From Nemertoderma westbladi (Eukaryota; Animalia; Xenacoelomorpha): a stretch of DNA of 64,000 bases. The DNA is taken from assembly GCA_032718475.1 (NCBI GenBank), contig JAUCBJ010008636.1:1-64000 (forward strand), written 5' to 3'. A program made the position numbers and the translations under genes. Of this stretch, positions 1-12,104 are shown one piece after another. The notes under the pieces are model-generated. The model was not told the DNA's origin. It worked only from the letters and a program-made list of their open reading frames with translations, and ran no database searches. Each line of letters begins with the position of its first letter. The first letter of the stretch is position 1.

Positions 1-1
1 C

Positions 2-1006
2 ATAGAATGGTATCAAGGTCCACAGTGTCTCACTGCGTACGATTATCGACATGCCAACTATGTTTCTAGGCAACGTTGTCGGTTATGCGCATCGAGAGAC
101 CACGATACGCCCATGGACACCAACGTCCGCTGTTCCTATTTCCAAGAACAACCGACTATGGAAATTTATTGCGCATATTGCAGACTCAATAACTTGCATA
201 TCTTTGCGGTTTGCCCTCAATTTATGACTCAATGTCACCATTGTCAACTAAAGGGACATGCCAGTTTCGATTGCCCTTTTAATCACGATTTGGAAAGCGT
301 AGATGAAATGATCACACTACGTTACATCAGAGCTTGGGAAGCGAACGCTGATTTACATTGTGATTCGCGCCATCGCTATTATCCCGGACGCGCTTACGAA
401 GGAGTTTATGCGTTCCATCCTTATCTATTCGCTTCGGTTGAACAGAAATCCCGCATATCGAGTTACGAGCTACTGAAGCGCGTCGGAGAATGTATTTCAA
501 CCAAATTCGTACGCAAATTTCTCAGGAGTGTTAATCCTAGCGACCTTCATTCCTATAACTTAATCAATTATATCCGTCAGGATCCGGACTATGGAGACTT
601 GTTTGTTAACTCACACCCCGAGTTACAGGAAGTATATCGACGGCCTTACGAATACCGAGCCCGCGAACGCGAGTTGGAAAGAACCATTAAACCCCGGAGG
701 TTTCTAACTGCCTATGGTCCACCCACGGCCCTCGTTCAGACCACTCGTAAAGGACCCGTAAGAGCGGCTGTCTTGAAACGAGCTCTCAAAGCCGTTAGAC
801 CCCTCTCCCCTGACGTTGATGTCAATCAACCCGGTACTTCAACTGGCGGATACACCGACCATAATCCTACACCCTCTGATGCAATCATATTGCACCCTTC
901 ACCCAGGAGTTATAGCCCTCCTTGTAAAGTGGCTCGCCCCAAAGAGAAAAGGACTCTGGCTAGCTTTAAAAAACTGCGTAAACGCCGTCCGCGCAAGAAA
1001 GACTAA
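2..1006 (+). CDS. Accessory ORF in the env position of a BEL/Pao LTR element; Cys/His zinc-knuckle-like motifs and a basic C-terminal tail; 5'-partial
   Basis: The frame of ORF 113-1006 stays open back to base 2. Motifs are CRLCASRDH, CAYCRLNNLHIFAVC and CHHCQLKGHASFDC. It ends KKLRKRRPRKKD about 80 bp before the LTR, and its C-terminus is homologous to 27337-27680 and to the remnant starting at 33664. Confidence 0.7.
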   Translation: MEWYQGPQCLTAYDYRHANYVSRQRCRLCASRDHDTPMDTNVRCSYFQEQPTMEIYCAYCRLNNLHIFAVCPQFMTQCHHCQLKGHASFDCPFNHDLESVDEMITLRYIRAWEANADLHCDSRHRYYPGRAYEGVYAFHPYLFASVEQKSRISSYELLKRVGECISTKFVRKFLRSVNPSDLHSYNLINYIRQDPDYGDLFVNSHPELQEVYRRPYEYRARERELERTIKPRRFLTAYGPPTALVQTTRKGPVRAAVLKRALKAVRPLSPDVDVNQPGTSTGGYTDHNPTPSDAIILHPSPRSYSPPCKVARPKEKRTLASFKKLRKRRPRKKD

Positions 1007-1084
1007 CTGTTTAGAGTATTTATGTATATTAGAAACTGTGATTTTGTATATTTTATAGACTCAAATCCCATTTTCTGGGAGCGG

Positions 1085-2358
1085 TGTAAAAGCTTCTGTG
1101 GGATATAACTGGCCCCTTTGCTTCGCAATCCAGTTTCCCCCCAGGCGCTGGAATACTCTAAAAGGCTCTCTAACTGTATATATATTCCCCTCGCCCACAA
1201 GGTACCGTTATAGGTGTTTTAACGGACATAAAAGTCATTCTTCTATATACGTGCTTTGGCGGACATGGTAAGGCAAAAACCCGCAATGCACCAAATACCT
1301 TTACACGGCTTGGCCTTGATGATTCAGATTACGACATCTAGCAGCTGGTTGCTGGCATGGAAACAGCCATTGGATGCATGGTTCTTTGTTTAGCTTAAGC
1401 CAATCAGAGCGATTTCTTCTGTCGATGTGGAGGTATTCGGCCGATCATACTAGGAGTGTTCAGTCTTACTGCTTTTTCTATTTACTGTTGTGTTGTTTCT
1501 ATCTAGGCCAGGAACACCGGCTCTAGAGTCAATTCGTTTCAGACTTTAGAAGAAACATTAGTAGGCTTAAGATTATAGAGCGTATAACTGTTATCGGCTC
1601 AATCGGCACATACTTAACAACTCATATCACATATCGGTCCAGTCAAACAGTGTTACCATCTTAACCTACCGTCTTAATGCTATTTACTGTTGTGTTTTGG
1701 TTGAATATTATTATTTGGAGAACATCTATAAAGAACCCAAATTTCCCAATTTTCTTGATACACTACAGGTTAGAGAGACAGGCTACATATAGCGATTGCG
1801 ACTTATATTATTGTGGTTTGTAGTGAATTTAATGCTATTTGATAAGCACTACATGAGTCCGTTGCTGTTCTCTTTATATATGATAAAATTCATTGACGGT
1901 CGGCAAATTAGTGAGCAGTATTGTGTGTTACCGGTAGTGTGCATGATTGTGACTGATAACTAAGCATTTCCTAAAGAATGCGCCTCATACGTGAATCATA
2001 AGCCTTACCGACTTACCGTTGTGATTAGTATAAGTCATATCTCTGTTTACCTAGATAGAGCGCCACGTCCTAAATGAACTGTTAATATTTCCCGAAAGTG
2101 AATAATATTAGTCAGAAATTATTTATTAACGATCAATCGAATAATACAGTAAGCTTACACTGCAATAATAATCTAAGCCCTCAGAATCCAGTCTCCCGGG
2201 TATATCCAGCGGGTGAATGGACGCGCACTAGGCTGGCTTCTGCTAATGTTGTGTTTATTGGTATTAAATATTTGTCAACTTCTAAAGTCTATTTATAAAC
2301 CAAAAGACATATAAATTTTGGCAGGTTAAACTGCTAAAGGTCTTCAAAAGCGCGTACA
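1085..2358 (+). mobile_element. 3' LTR of a BEL/Pao element whose 5' part lies left of the window
   Basis: Termini TGTAAAAGC...GCGCGTACA, preceded by the purine-rich tract GGGAGCGG. Homologous to four other LTR copies in the window. Confidence 0.9.
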
Positions 2359-2759
2359 GTAACCACATGTGTACACAGGCAGGTAGACAGATTGGCCATA
2401 GCTAGCTAACGAGATGGAAATCTGAATTCCCTACTATTCAGTCTATTATTGAGTTATTGCGTGTTAGACAGATCTCATTTAATAAATGTCAGTCAATAAC
2501 ATTTTACCACTGCAGAAGGCTTATATCCATACTTGTTTTTTCCTCATAAATATTAGGCTTATTATTTTTTGATGGGATTTCTTTGTAGTTGAATTGTCTA
2601 AGTTTTTACGCTGAGGCATTAACAGAGGGTACTGGTATTAAATTAATTATTTGAATATCATTACTGCATCGACTGCATTTAGTACTGCGTTCTGCTTTGA
2701 TTATATTCCTATAAACCATACCTGGCTTCGCATATTGCACGTATCGATAGTTATAAAGA

Positions 2760-4295
2760 TTGTGGGGCGAGCGACGAAAGTAAGCGAGCTTAGCAAACAG
2801 GTACCACTAACTCAATCGGTGTGTCTGTCGATCTGTTGTTCTGTCGTTCTGTCGTTCTGTTGTTCTGTCGTGTCCAATTTTAAACGTTAATAACTCAGCC
2901 AAATGTTAATGAAATTTAACCAAACTTGGTACACATGTAGTTTGGCCAAAGTTTAGAAATTTTCCAAGTTGAATTTTCACGTGGCCTTCGAAAAGCTAAG
3001 ATAATAGCAGTTAATTAGTTAATTAAGTTGATTAGGGTAAAAACATCAATTTCAACCTGCCTCCTTAAAGGATATTAATTATTTTCTAGTATAAGATTTA
3101 AATAATTATACTTAAAAGTTATACAGCTGTAATCCCCATACACCATTCTATTATAGTTTTTAATTAGTTCAAGTGATTTGCTTTACTAAATGTGTCTTTA
3201 ATTGATCTAAACGTAATTAAAGCGGCACAATTATTGAGTACAAATTCAATCCTGCCCATTATTGGTCAACATAGTCTCTGCGGGGGTGTAGAGCTGATAG
3301 CTGGCTGCTAGCTAGTTGGTGTAGCCTTACCAGAGGCGAATTGTACTGTAATAGGCAGCCAATAGTATTGCTATAGCAACACAGACATAACTCCAACCAT
3401 ACACTACTGCCTGTATTTCAATTCCCATTGACTCTATACTATAAATGTTGTATTACTTACTATCTCAGGTGTTAGAAGATATAATGACTGTTGTAGGCTT
3501 ATATCTGAAATAGTTTATTCTGCAATATATTTGTCTGGTTATTTTTTAATTGAATTTTCGCAAAGTAGTAAAATTAATGTTCTTAAAAATAATATTATTA
3601 TTTGATATGTAACCTAGGAAATTATCTACATTTTTTCGCTGCAGCTTTAAGAGTGTACATTGATTTAATATTATTTCAATACCCATATTACTACATCGGC
3701 ATACGATGCGTTGACGTTGTATCACACATCTCTACATAGATGTATCAGCAGTTACTCGCACAGTTTCGAAACTTAGCATAGTTATAACTGTATAAAGGTC
3801 GTCAGTCTTGGTTTAGGAAAAATATTTTAATGCAAAACAGGACGAGCGACGAGCGCAACGAGGCATATAATGAAGACCAGTACTGCGTAGACTATATTCC
3901 TATAAACCATACCTGGCTGCGCCTATTGAAGGCATCGGTAGTTATAAAGATCGTCCGTCAGTCTGCGTTTAGGAAATATGTTTAAATACAAAACAGGACG
4001 AGCACAACGACGTTTATAATAATGAAGACGAGTGCTGCCTACTGCGTTGATTATATTCCTATAAACCATACCTGGCTTCGCCTATTGAAGGCATCGGTAG
4101 TTATAAATTACTGGTGGGTGGGAAGGGTGAGGGGGGATGCAGATTAAAAGGGGTGAACACGTACTGTCCCCCTTTCTTTAATTGATTGGTGGTGTGGGTA
4201 AATTTCTCAAAACCTGATTTTGTGATACAGTCGCTCAATTTTAATCTGTATCTGATAACTGAGCCTCGTCCTCCGCGATGGCCCCACGAACGTGT
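2760..4295 (+). mobile_element. Helentron/DINE-1-like non-autonomous repeat
   Basis: Short subterminal inverted repeats GTGGGGC...GCCCCAC and a (CTGT)-type microsatellite near the 5' end. Homologous to 23342-24395 and 18350-18625. The class is inferred from structure only. Confidence 0.5.
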
Positions 4296-4878
4296 ACATG
4301 ATCTTGTCATTTAATTCATGCATTATTGTCGACAGTATATGGCTTACCGTTAAATTTCTACAAAATTCTGACTGACGAGGAAAAGGAAAGCCTTGTTATG
4401 GAGGCATTACAAATTGGCTGCCAATACAGTATGCGGGTCGCAGATGCAAAATATAATTGAAGATTGCTCTGTTCTTACACAAGTGATTTACAACAGAATG
4501 TAAAAATATATTAGATGGATCTTGGATCTAATTTGAAACGTAGGCCTCACATTTCCGCTTAATGTCAGCGATCAAGTAGGCTAACTCCCGTGTTCCTGTT
4601 GTTGGTATTGTTTCCCCGATGATAGTATGGAGTACAGTAGGTACGTAAAATTGCGTTTTATGCATTCTTGCTCAGCACCATAAATTATTACCAGGTTATT
4701 TACTGTATTTATTTTACGGGATATTTCCCCGAAGTTATAAATCAGAGGCTTAGCCTGGGGCTTTATAAACTGAGGTGTAGCCGAGGCCGAGAGCATTTCG
4801 TAAAATACAGTAGCTAAATAACCTGATAATAAGAAAGTTATTATTTCCCATTCAATATTGTTAAAAGGGTTTATTACC

Positions 4879-6200
4879 TTAACCCTATTACCACTGGGGG
4901 GGGGGGGGGGGGGGCGAATCGGCCCCTTCCTAGTTTTTAGTTGCTGTAACTATGCAACCACATTACGTACCGGCCCAATTTTTATTGAGAATTAGCCAAA
5001 TTTAATGCCGCATCTTTTGCAAAAAAAATAAGTTGCAATTGGATTTATACTTTTGATGTGGGTGCCACCTCAAAATTTGGTCTCCAGCACCAAATTTTTT
5101 GAAATTTTCGAATTTTAGAAAGTCATTCGTGATTTAGTAATTATTTATGTTTGGGCTATTTTTATTTATTTTTATTGGTTTGGATCACTCTAATGCTCTA
5201 TACAAGTATGTAAGTGTAATGGTACGTAATTTTTGGAGCACCAAAATTAGGGCGTGGCACTTTAAAATTTCAAAATTACTTTATTCGGAATATTTACTAA
5301 AGTTTTGATTTCGAAGCATTCTTATTGGGTTTTCTGGAGCGCTGAATCGATTGAAAGTAATATAGAAGCCTGAAGACTTAGTGGTTCGCTATTTTTGGTG
5401 CACCAGAATTAGGGCGTGGCACTTCAAATTTTGAAAAATACGATATTCGGAAAATACACTAAAGTTTTGATTTGTAAAGCATTTTTAGAGGTTTTCTGGA
5501 GCGCTGAATCGATTGAAATTAATATAGAAGCCTAAAGACTTAGTGGTTCGCCATTTTTGGTGCACCAAAATTAGGGCGTGGCACTTCAAATTTTGAAAAA
5601 TACGAGATTCGGTAAATACACTAAAGTTTTGATTTCAAAGCATTTTTATAGGTTTTCTGGAGCGCTGAATCGATTGAAAGTAATATAGAAGCCTCAAATC
5701 CTTGGTGTACGTAATTTTCGGTGCACCAAAATTAGGGCGTCGCACTTCAAATTTTCCAAATTACATTATTCGGAAAAAACACTAAAGTTTTGATTTCAAA
5801 AAATGGCTAACCTCTAAGTCTTCAGGCTTCTATATTACTTTCAATCGATTCAGCGCTCTAGAAAACCTATATAAATGCGTTAAAATTTCAATTTTGGTTT
5901 ATTTTCCGAATCTCGTATTTTTCAAAATTTGAAGTGCCACGCCCTAATTTTTGTGCACCAAAAATGGCGAACCACTAAGTCTTCAGGCTTCTATATTACT
6001 TTCAATCGATTCAGTGGCCCAGAAATCCTATAAAGATGCGTTTAAATAAAAAAATTAGGGGCATTTTCTGAATATCTAATTTTTCAAAATTTGAAGTGCC
6101 ACGCCCACTTCTTAAGTGCACGATAAATAGCATCCACTTCAATTTTTTGAAATAGAATATAATCACATTCGATTCAACGTCTTGAAAAACCTACTAAATC
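4879..6200. repeat. Foldback-like repeat made of ~120-bp units, direct then inverted
   Basis: Unit containing GCACCAAAATTAGGGCGTGGCACTTCAAATTTTG...GGAGCGCTGAATCGATTGAAAG, about 5 direct copies (5220-5800) then about 3 inverted copies (5810-6200). Begins TTAACCCTA; no matching right terminus found. Confidence 0.65.
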
Positions 6201-6860
6201 TATCCAACACTGCCCCACTTTTAGTTTTTAGAAAACAAAAAAATTTGTAATTTTGTCCTGGGACTACTTTTATTTTTCTTCAAAATTATGATTCCCTGCT
6301 TATGAAATTTTAACTTTTTAAAGTTTGGTAGTGTTCATCTATAGTTGTTTCACCAACACCCCCAATTTTGTAGGATTTCATTGGACGATTACAAAAATAT
6401 AGTGGGTGGAGGTACTGTAGGTGTACTGTACTGACTGTAGGTGTAGCGTTGTTTTCCGCTGGGGTGGGTGGTATTCATTTATGGAAGGTACAGTACAAAC
6501 AGTTAGTACAAACAACACAACCGAACACAGTCGAACACACTCCAAAAACTGCCGAAATTGAACTCGAAATCGAAATCGAACACATTCGAAAATAGAAAGA
6601 GCACAAACTAAATAAAAAATAAAAAAATAAAAAATAACACCGGGTACCAACTTTTAGATAAAATTATCCACGCGTTGCTTTTCTGTAAGTAAATTTCGGA
6701 AATTATTGAATAAAATTGTCGCGAAATTAAATACTCATTTCTTATCAGATCAGCTGATGGTATCAGGTATCATCTAATTCAGTAATTTGTTGTGTACTGC
6801 AGTACCAGTACTGCCATGGCCCGGTATTGCTGAACTGTGAACTGTACCAGTAACGAGTCA

Positions 6861-7092
6861 GTTATAGTTCATATGCGTACCTCTGGTATTTTCGTATTGC
6901 AAAAATAAGACTATAAGTATGAAATACCCTATGTTATTGAGATATTGTTTATTGTTTTGGTTAGAAAAGCCCACCACTGTAACCTGCTCCTTTCCGTTAA
7001 TTAAGTAATGGAGATTAGTTTATTGTTTTGGTTAGAAAACACCACCACTGTAACCTGCTTCTTTTGCCAGAGGTACGCATATGAACGATAAC
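6861..7092. mobile_element. MITE containing two copies of the shared ~55-bp core
   Basis: TIR GTTATAGTTCATATGCGTACCTCTGG / CCAGAGGTACGCATATGAACGATAAC. No clear TSD. Confidence 0.75.
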
Positions 7093-7685
7093 CCCCCTGG
7101 GAGTGATTGCCAGATTGCTGAAGATATAAATTACCTTAGGAAGTTGGGCCTACCACCGGTTACCGTACAGCCGTACGTACATGGCAGCATGGCGTACGGT
7201 ATCGGTACAACATACAGATATAGGTACCGGTACCTACCTGCAGACCTGCCTACTGCAGCACTGAGCACTGGAATATAACAGTATAAAGAGATACCGGTAA
7301 TAATACTGTACTGCTGTTACTGTAATGCAAATTCTGAACACAAAACAGCAAAACACTGAATTAGGATTAATGCATTGCATACCGGTAGCCTACTGCATTA
7401 GCATTAGCCTAATGCAGTACTGCTGTAATGGAATAGGCTTTGTGTTTGTGCTTTTGCTTGCCGGTACTCTGGCTGTCTGGTAGGCCTACTCCTGTACCGG
7501 TACACTTCAGCACTTCACACTTTGCTCTGCTGAGTCCAGGAGTCCGTGGAGTCTGGAGTCCTCGCTCTCGCTCAGTCGCTGGCCAAATCAGCAAATGGAC
7601 TGGCTCTGCCTCTGCTGTTCTGGCATAGCGTACTCGTACTCCTGTACTCTACCGGTCGGACCACACGGTATGTTGTTCTATTATT

Positions 7686-9014
7686 ATGGATTACGATAAA
7701 TGCGCTGCTGCCCGATTCCAAGCCAACGTCAGCGTATCGCGCACCCCAACATCCACATGGTTCCGATATGACAACTTTATATGCGACATGCATTCAGAAG
7801 CCCCGCTGTTCAGCGCATGTATCGACCGACTTTTAGGCAGGGAGAGACGGAGTTCCTCCCACTGCCCGCCCTACTTTGACGGTTGGGGATGCTGGGAGGA
7901 TGCCCCTAGCGATACCATTGCGTCTATCCAGTGTCCCTCTGTGTTCAGTTCCTTAGGCTACCGACCTAGGGAGAGCGCTACCCGACAGTGTCTCCCGGAC
8001 GCGAGCTGGTACCGGAAACCCGAACAGAACGGAACGCTATGGGCGGACTACGATGATTGCGTCGCGGAACAATCCATCATCGTAGAACACCAGAAAAACC
8101 TGCACACCTTTTTCATAGTCGCTTATTCGATTTCCCTAGTAGTTCTTCTCGGTGCCATCGCTATTTTCCTCTGTTTCCGAAGACTCCGTTGTCCACGCAA
8201 TATTATCCACCTACACTTCTTCCTTTCAATGGCTCTGGGCTGTGTTAACAGCATCGCTTGGTTCACCGCTGTCTCGCAAGACCTACCCGCCTGGTCAAAC
8301 AGTGACCAGACTCTCTGCCGCCTTCTCAATGTAGCTATCAACTACACTACTTGCTCTAACTACTTCTGGATGCTCTGCGAGGGCGTCTTCATCATTTCGC
8401 GGTTGTGTAGCATCCGCGGTTTCTATGGCACACTGACTCCATTCTACCTTCTAGGTTGGGCGATCCCGACCATCCCGACCATCATTTACGCCATAATCAT
8501 GGCCACCGTACAAACAGACAATCTGTGTTGGGCCGAGGATACATTGTACACCTACATCATCCATGGCCCCGTTATGGGCTGTATCCTTGGTAACATCATC
8601 ATCATCATCCTAGTTATCCGGCTCATTGTGACCAAATCATCGGCGCAATCCACAGGAGAGCAGCAACTCTCCACATTCCGTAAAGCGGCACGTGCAACTC
8701 TTATCTTAGTCCCGTTGTTCGGACTACATTGGCTCATCGTCCCGGCGACAAATATCGCCAAGACCACTCACTCTATCATTATACTCCATTATGTCCTCGC
8801 TGTCCTCCTTGCCTTCCAGGGCGCCCTCGTTGCTATCCTCTACTGCTTCCTTAATGGCGAGGTACTCCGTGTTCTCTACACGAGCGGCTCTCGCCTGTTG
8901 TCTGCGAGATTCCCAGACTCCTTCGAACCCCCAACCGCCACTAGTGTCGCTAACAATAGGATGTTGAGGCGTCTCAGTAGCTTTGCTGTGCCTACTGACT
9001 CCTCCGTTGTGTAA
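7686..9014 (+). CDS. Class B (secretin family) GPCR, calcitonin/DH31/CRF-receptor-like, single uninterrupted ORF
   Basis: Hormone-binding domain (CPPYFDGWGCW, CP, C..D..W, WADYDDC) and seven hydrophobic segments with class B motifs FRRLRCPRNIIHLH, NYFWMLCEG, LGWAIP, CW, ARATLILVPLFGLH, FQGALVAILYCFLNGEV. Confidence 0.93.
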   Translation: MDYDKCAAARFQANVSVSRTPTSTWFRYDNFICDMHSEAPLFSACIDRLLGRERRSSSHCPPYFDGWGCWEDAPSDTIASIQCPSVFSSLGYRPRESATRQCLPDASWYRKPEQNGTLWADYDDCVAEQSIIVEHQKNLHTFFIVAYSISLVVLLGAIAIFLCFRRLRCPRNIIHLHFFLSMALGCVNSIAWFTAVSQDLPAWSNSDQTLCRLLNVAINYTTCSNYFWMLCEGVFIISRLCSIRGFYGTLTPFYLLGWAIPTIPTIIYAIIMATVQTDNLCWAEDTLYTYIIHGPVMGCILGNIIIIILVIRLIVTKSSAQSTGEQQLSTFRKAARATLILVPLFGLHWLIVPATNIAKTTHSIIILHYVLAVLLAFQGALVAILYCFLNGEVLRVLYTSGSRLLSARFPDSFEPPTATSVANNRMLRRLSSFAVPTDSSVV

Positions 9015-9143
9015 CTTAACTATGCCGCTATATTTCATCTCCACTCCGCTTTGAGCTTCTTCTAGAAAATATAAAAGTATCAGTTGCAGTTAAAGTTAAT
9101 CATTTATTTATCACCAATAGCAATATTGTGCCATTTTCTGACG

Positions 9144-9177
<34 letters not shown>

Positions 9178-10258
9178 CACACACACACACACACATTAAG
9201 TCCCCGTGGCCTCCTACCCTGGTCGTCAATGGAGACTTTGGCAAGCTGTGCCCAACTAAAATGAATACCGGTAGTGTAATTATCATCTTTGGCTGATCGA
9301 TAGAGGGTTTGGACGAGCACAATCAAAGTATATAAAACTTTTTAATTCTCGTAAGCCGTCTGCAGATCCCCCATTCTTCCGCTAGAAGTGAAATAAATGA
9401 AATGTAACATCGTATACCAAGTCGTTGTTTGTAATTATTTTTACCTGATAATTGGCGGTATCTATAACAGTGTCTTTACAGAGATGCGATGATCCGTTAT
9501 CAGTTGTAATAATGATGACTGATGCATAATAACTGACTGAGAATGAAAGTTTAAGCTGAAAATTGGCAGATTTACTAAACAATAGGCGGCGTATTGTGAT
9601 GGTTCAGGGCGAGTGTTCACGTATCATCAGCAGTACAAGAAATCTGAGGCCCCCAAAGCCCACAGGCTTTATAGTTTACTGTTAATAAATTTGCAATGTT
9701 TTGTAATATTTTGTTTATGAACTAGTGGCTACCCAATATTAATACAATACACCATGTCCTGGAATATAGTCGTTATTCAGGTGCCCCCCCCCCCCCCCCC
9801 CCCCCCGCCCCCCTGAGATATGGGCATTCGAATTTTGCATGTATTTACTTCCGCTGCAGGCCATTTATTCTAATTAATAAATACACAACACAATGTTCTA
9901 GAACATTTGGCTTATGTATAAATATCCATATACTAGTATCATCATATAGGCATTTGGGCATTGCTTTGTTGCCCAGCTACTTCTAAGATAAACAAAATGT
10001 TCCCAGAATGAATGCCCCTATCTCAGCTATTTCCCAACTAAATTAAAATATTTTTACATTGGGATTCCTTTCACGGCCAGCTTTCCACTATAGTAACAAC
10101 TATAAGGGTGAACTGCAGTACTACTGGTAAAATATCGACGGCGACACCTTTTTTTAAACACTTGTAGCTAAAGAACAAAAGCAAAACCTCTTACCTCAGC
10201 CACTAAGGAGGAGGGAGATGTAACTATCTCTGTTTCAAATTTCATGCAATCTCATTAA

Positions 10259-12104
10259 CCCTTTGTTGCACTTGTTGCTTTTAAGCAACAGTTCTATTAT
10301 CGGTCTTATCTCATAGAAAACATTCAGTCCGCGGCAAGCCGATTTTAGGTAGGGCATTCATTGTAATGTACCGGTCCGGTACCTAGACCAGTAGGTAAAT
10401 ATAAGCAACTGTATGTAGTCAGTGTGGTTTCCGTCTGTGTTTGTTTGATTTATATCCTGATGATGGCCCTAGTGGCAGAAATTAATTGATAATAAAGAAC
10501 TTGTTGTTTTCTCATTTAGTCACCAGGGCTGTAATAACTCCAAAAAGAAAACCTATATTTCGTATATTATCTCATAGAAAACCATCAACCAACCATTACT
10601 GCACCTTGTAGCTTATAGTAGGATAATTAAATTATCCAATAAAAACGAAGAGTCTTGGGTGGGAGGTTTAAATTGTGTTGTAAGTTAATAACATTCAAAA
10701 ATGCTGATAGGAAAATTGATATTTTTAGTTGATATGTGTCTTTAGGTCGGCTTTTTTTATTCTTGCGATAATTTTGTGGTGCCAAAAAAAATACTTACGT
10801 ATTTTCTTGTATATCCGGCACCAATTACATGTATTTTTGCAAATATATAGGTTCATTTGTAATTCTAAGGCACAAAATAAGCCGTGTTGCTTATAAGCAA
10901 CAGGGTGCAGTAAAGGAAAGTAGTGGAACATGGAACTGAACTGTGCAATTAGGTTTTCCTTTTGTAAAAGCCTTATTGTTTGTCATTTCTAAGTAATTAT
11001 TGATTGTTATAGAAAGACAGAGTTATTTAGAGCTAATTAATAGTGATTAGGCTAATTATTTAATTAGGTAATTAAATTACTAAGGAAATTACAATTGTGC
11101 AGGAAATTTTTTAAGTGTAGAGAATGATCTTTCGATGATTTTAGTTAATTAATTGGGAGACTAATTATTGGTTATTACTAGTTAATTAGGTTAATTAATT
11201 ACATTGATATGCTAATTATTTAAATAGGAAATGAATTTACTAAATAGTGGTACGCCGAATAGGGAGGGAGGCCCTTTGCAATTCGACCACGCAGGTATAC
11301 TGCACAAAGTGAACAGAAGTAGCGGATGGAGTACGCATTTTCCTTTGCCTAACTACAAAGAAAAACTGCTTGCAAGGAACTTGCTTGCTTAGGAACTATT
11401 AGGAAATACTTGGAAACTATTAGGAACTATTAGATTATTAGGAATTTTTATTATAGGAATTATTAGGATAATTTGTAAATAAATATGAACTGAAATTACA
11501 AGGAAGTCGATTTTAGAAACCAGACAGAAAAACAGACAGAACGACTGACAGAGAGACAGACATACACACAGACTGACATATAGACATACTACTCACAGAG
11601 AGACAGATGGACAGACCGATAAACCATCAAACATACAGACAGCTAGACAGACAGACCCCGACAAACTGTCAGGCATGCAGACAGACAAACAGACAGACAG
11701 CTAGACAGACAGACCCCGACAAACTGTCAGGCATGCAAACAGACAAACAGGCAGACAGACAGACAAACAGCTAGACAGACAGACCCCGACAAACTGTCAG
11801 GCATGCAGACAGACATACAGACAGACAGATAAATAGACAAACAGACAGATATACAGACAGGCAGACAGACAGACGAAGACAGGTAGATAGACATACAAAC
11901 AGTTGAAAGAAATGGAACAAAACAGACAGAAAAAACATTCACTATACTGTATTTCTTCATTATTACGTTCCTTTGTCGCAGCGTGTTGCTTTTAAGCAAC
12001 GTGTTGTGAAAACACACAAAATCATAAAATTTTGGTTTTTTGTTATATTTCACAGTATTGACACCATTTTTTCATTAAAATCGTCTGCTCAGTGCAATAA
12101 AGGG
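10259..12104. mobile_element. piggyBac-like non-autonomous element nested in the TA element
   Basis: TTAA|CCCTTTGTTGCACT ... AGTGCAATAAAGGG|TT, with a subterminal TTGCTTTTAAGCAAC palindrome near both ends. Confidence 0.65.
11520..11930. repeat. (AGAC)n-derived microsatellite with a higher-order unit
   Basis: CAGACAGA runs; CAGCTAGACAGACAGACCCCGACAAACTGTCAGGCATGCA occurs three times. Confidence 0.9.

Noticed and set aside
4580-4640. Short segment ending in a good donor (AG|GTACGT)
   Set aside because: No convincing acceptor and no recognisable receptor motif in any frame.
9143-9195. Poly-Pro or poly-Gly ORFs from C/G homopolymers
   Set aside because: Simple homopolymer tracts that recur throughout the window.
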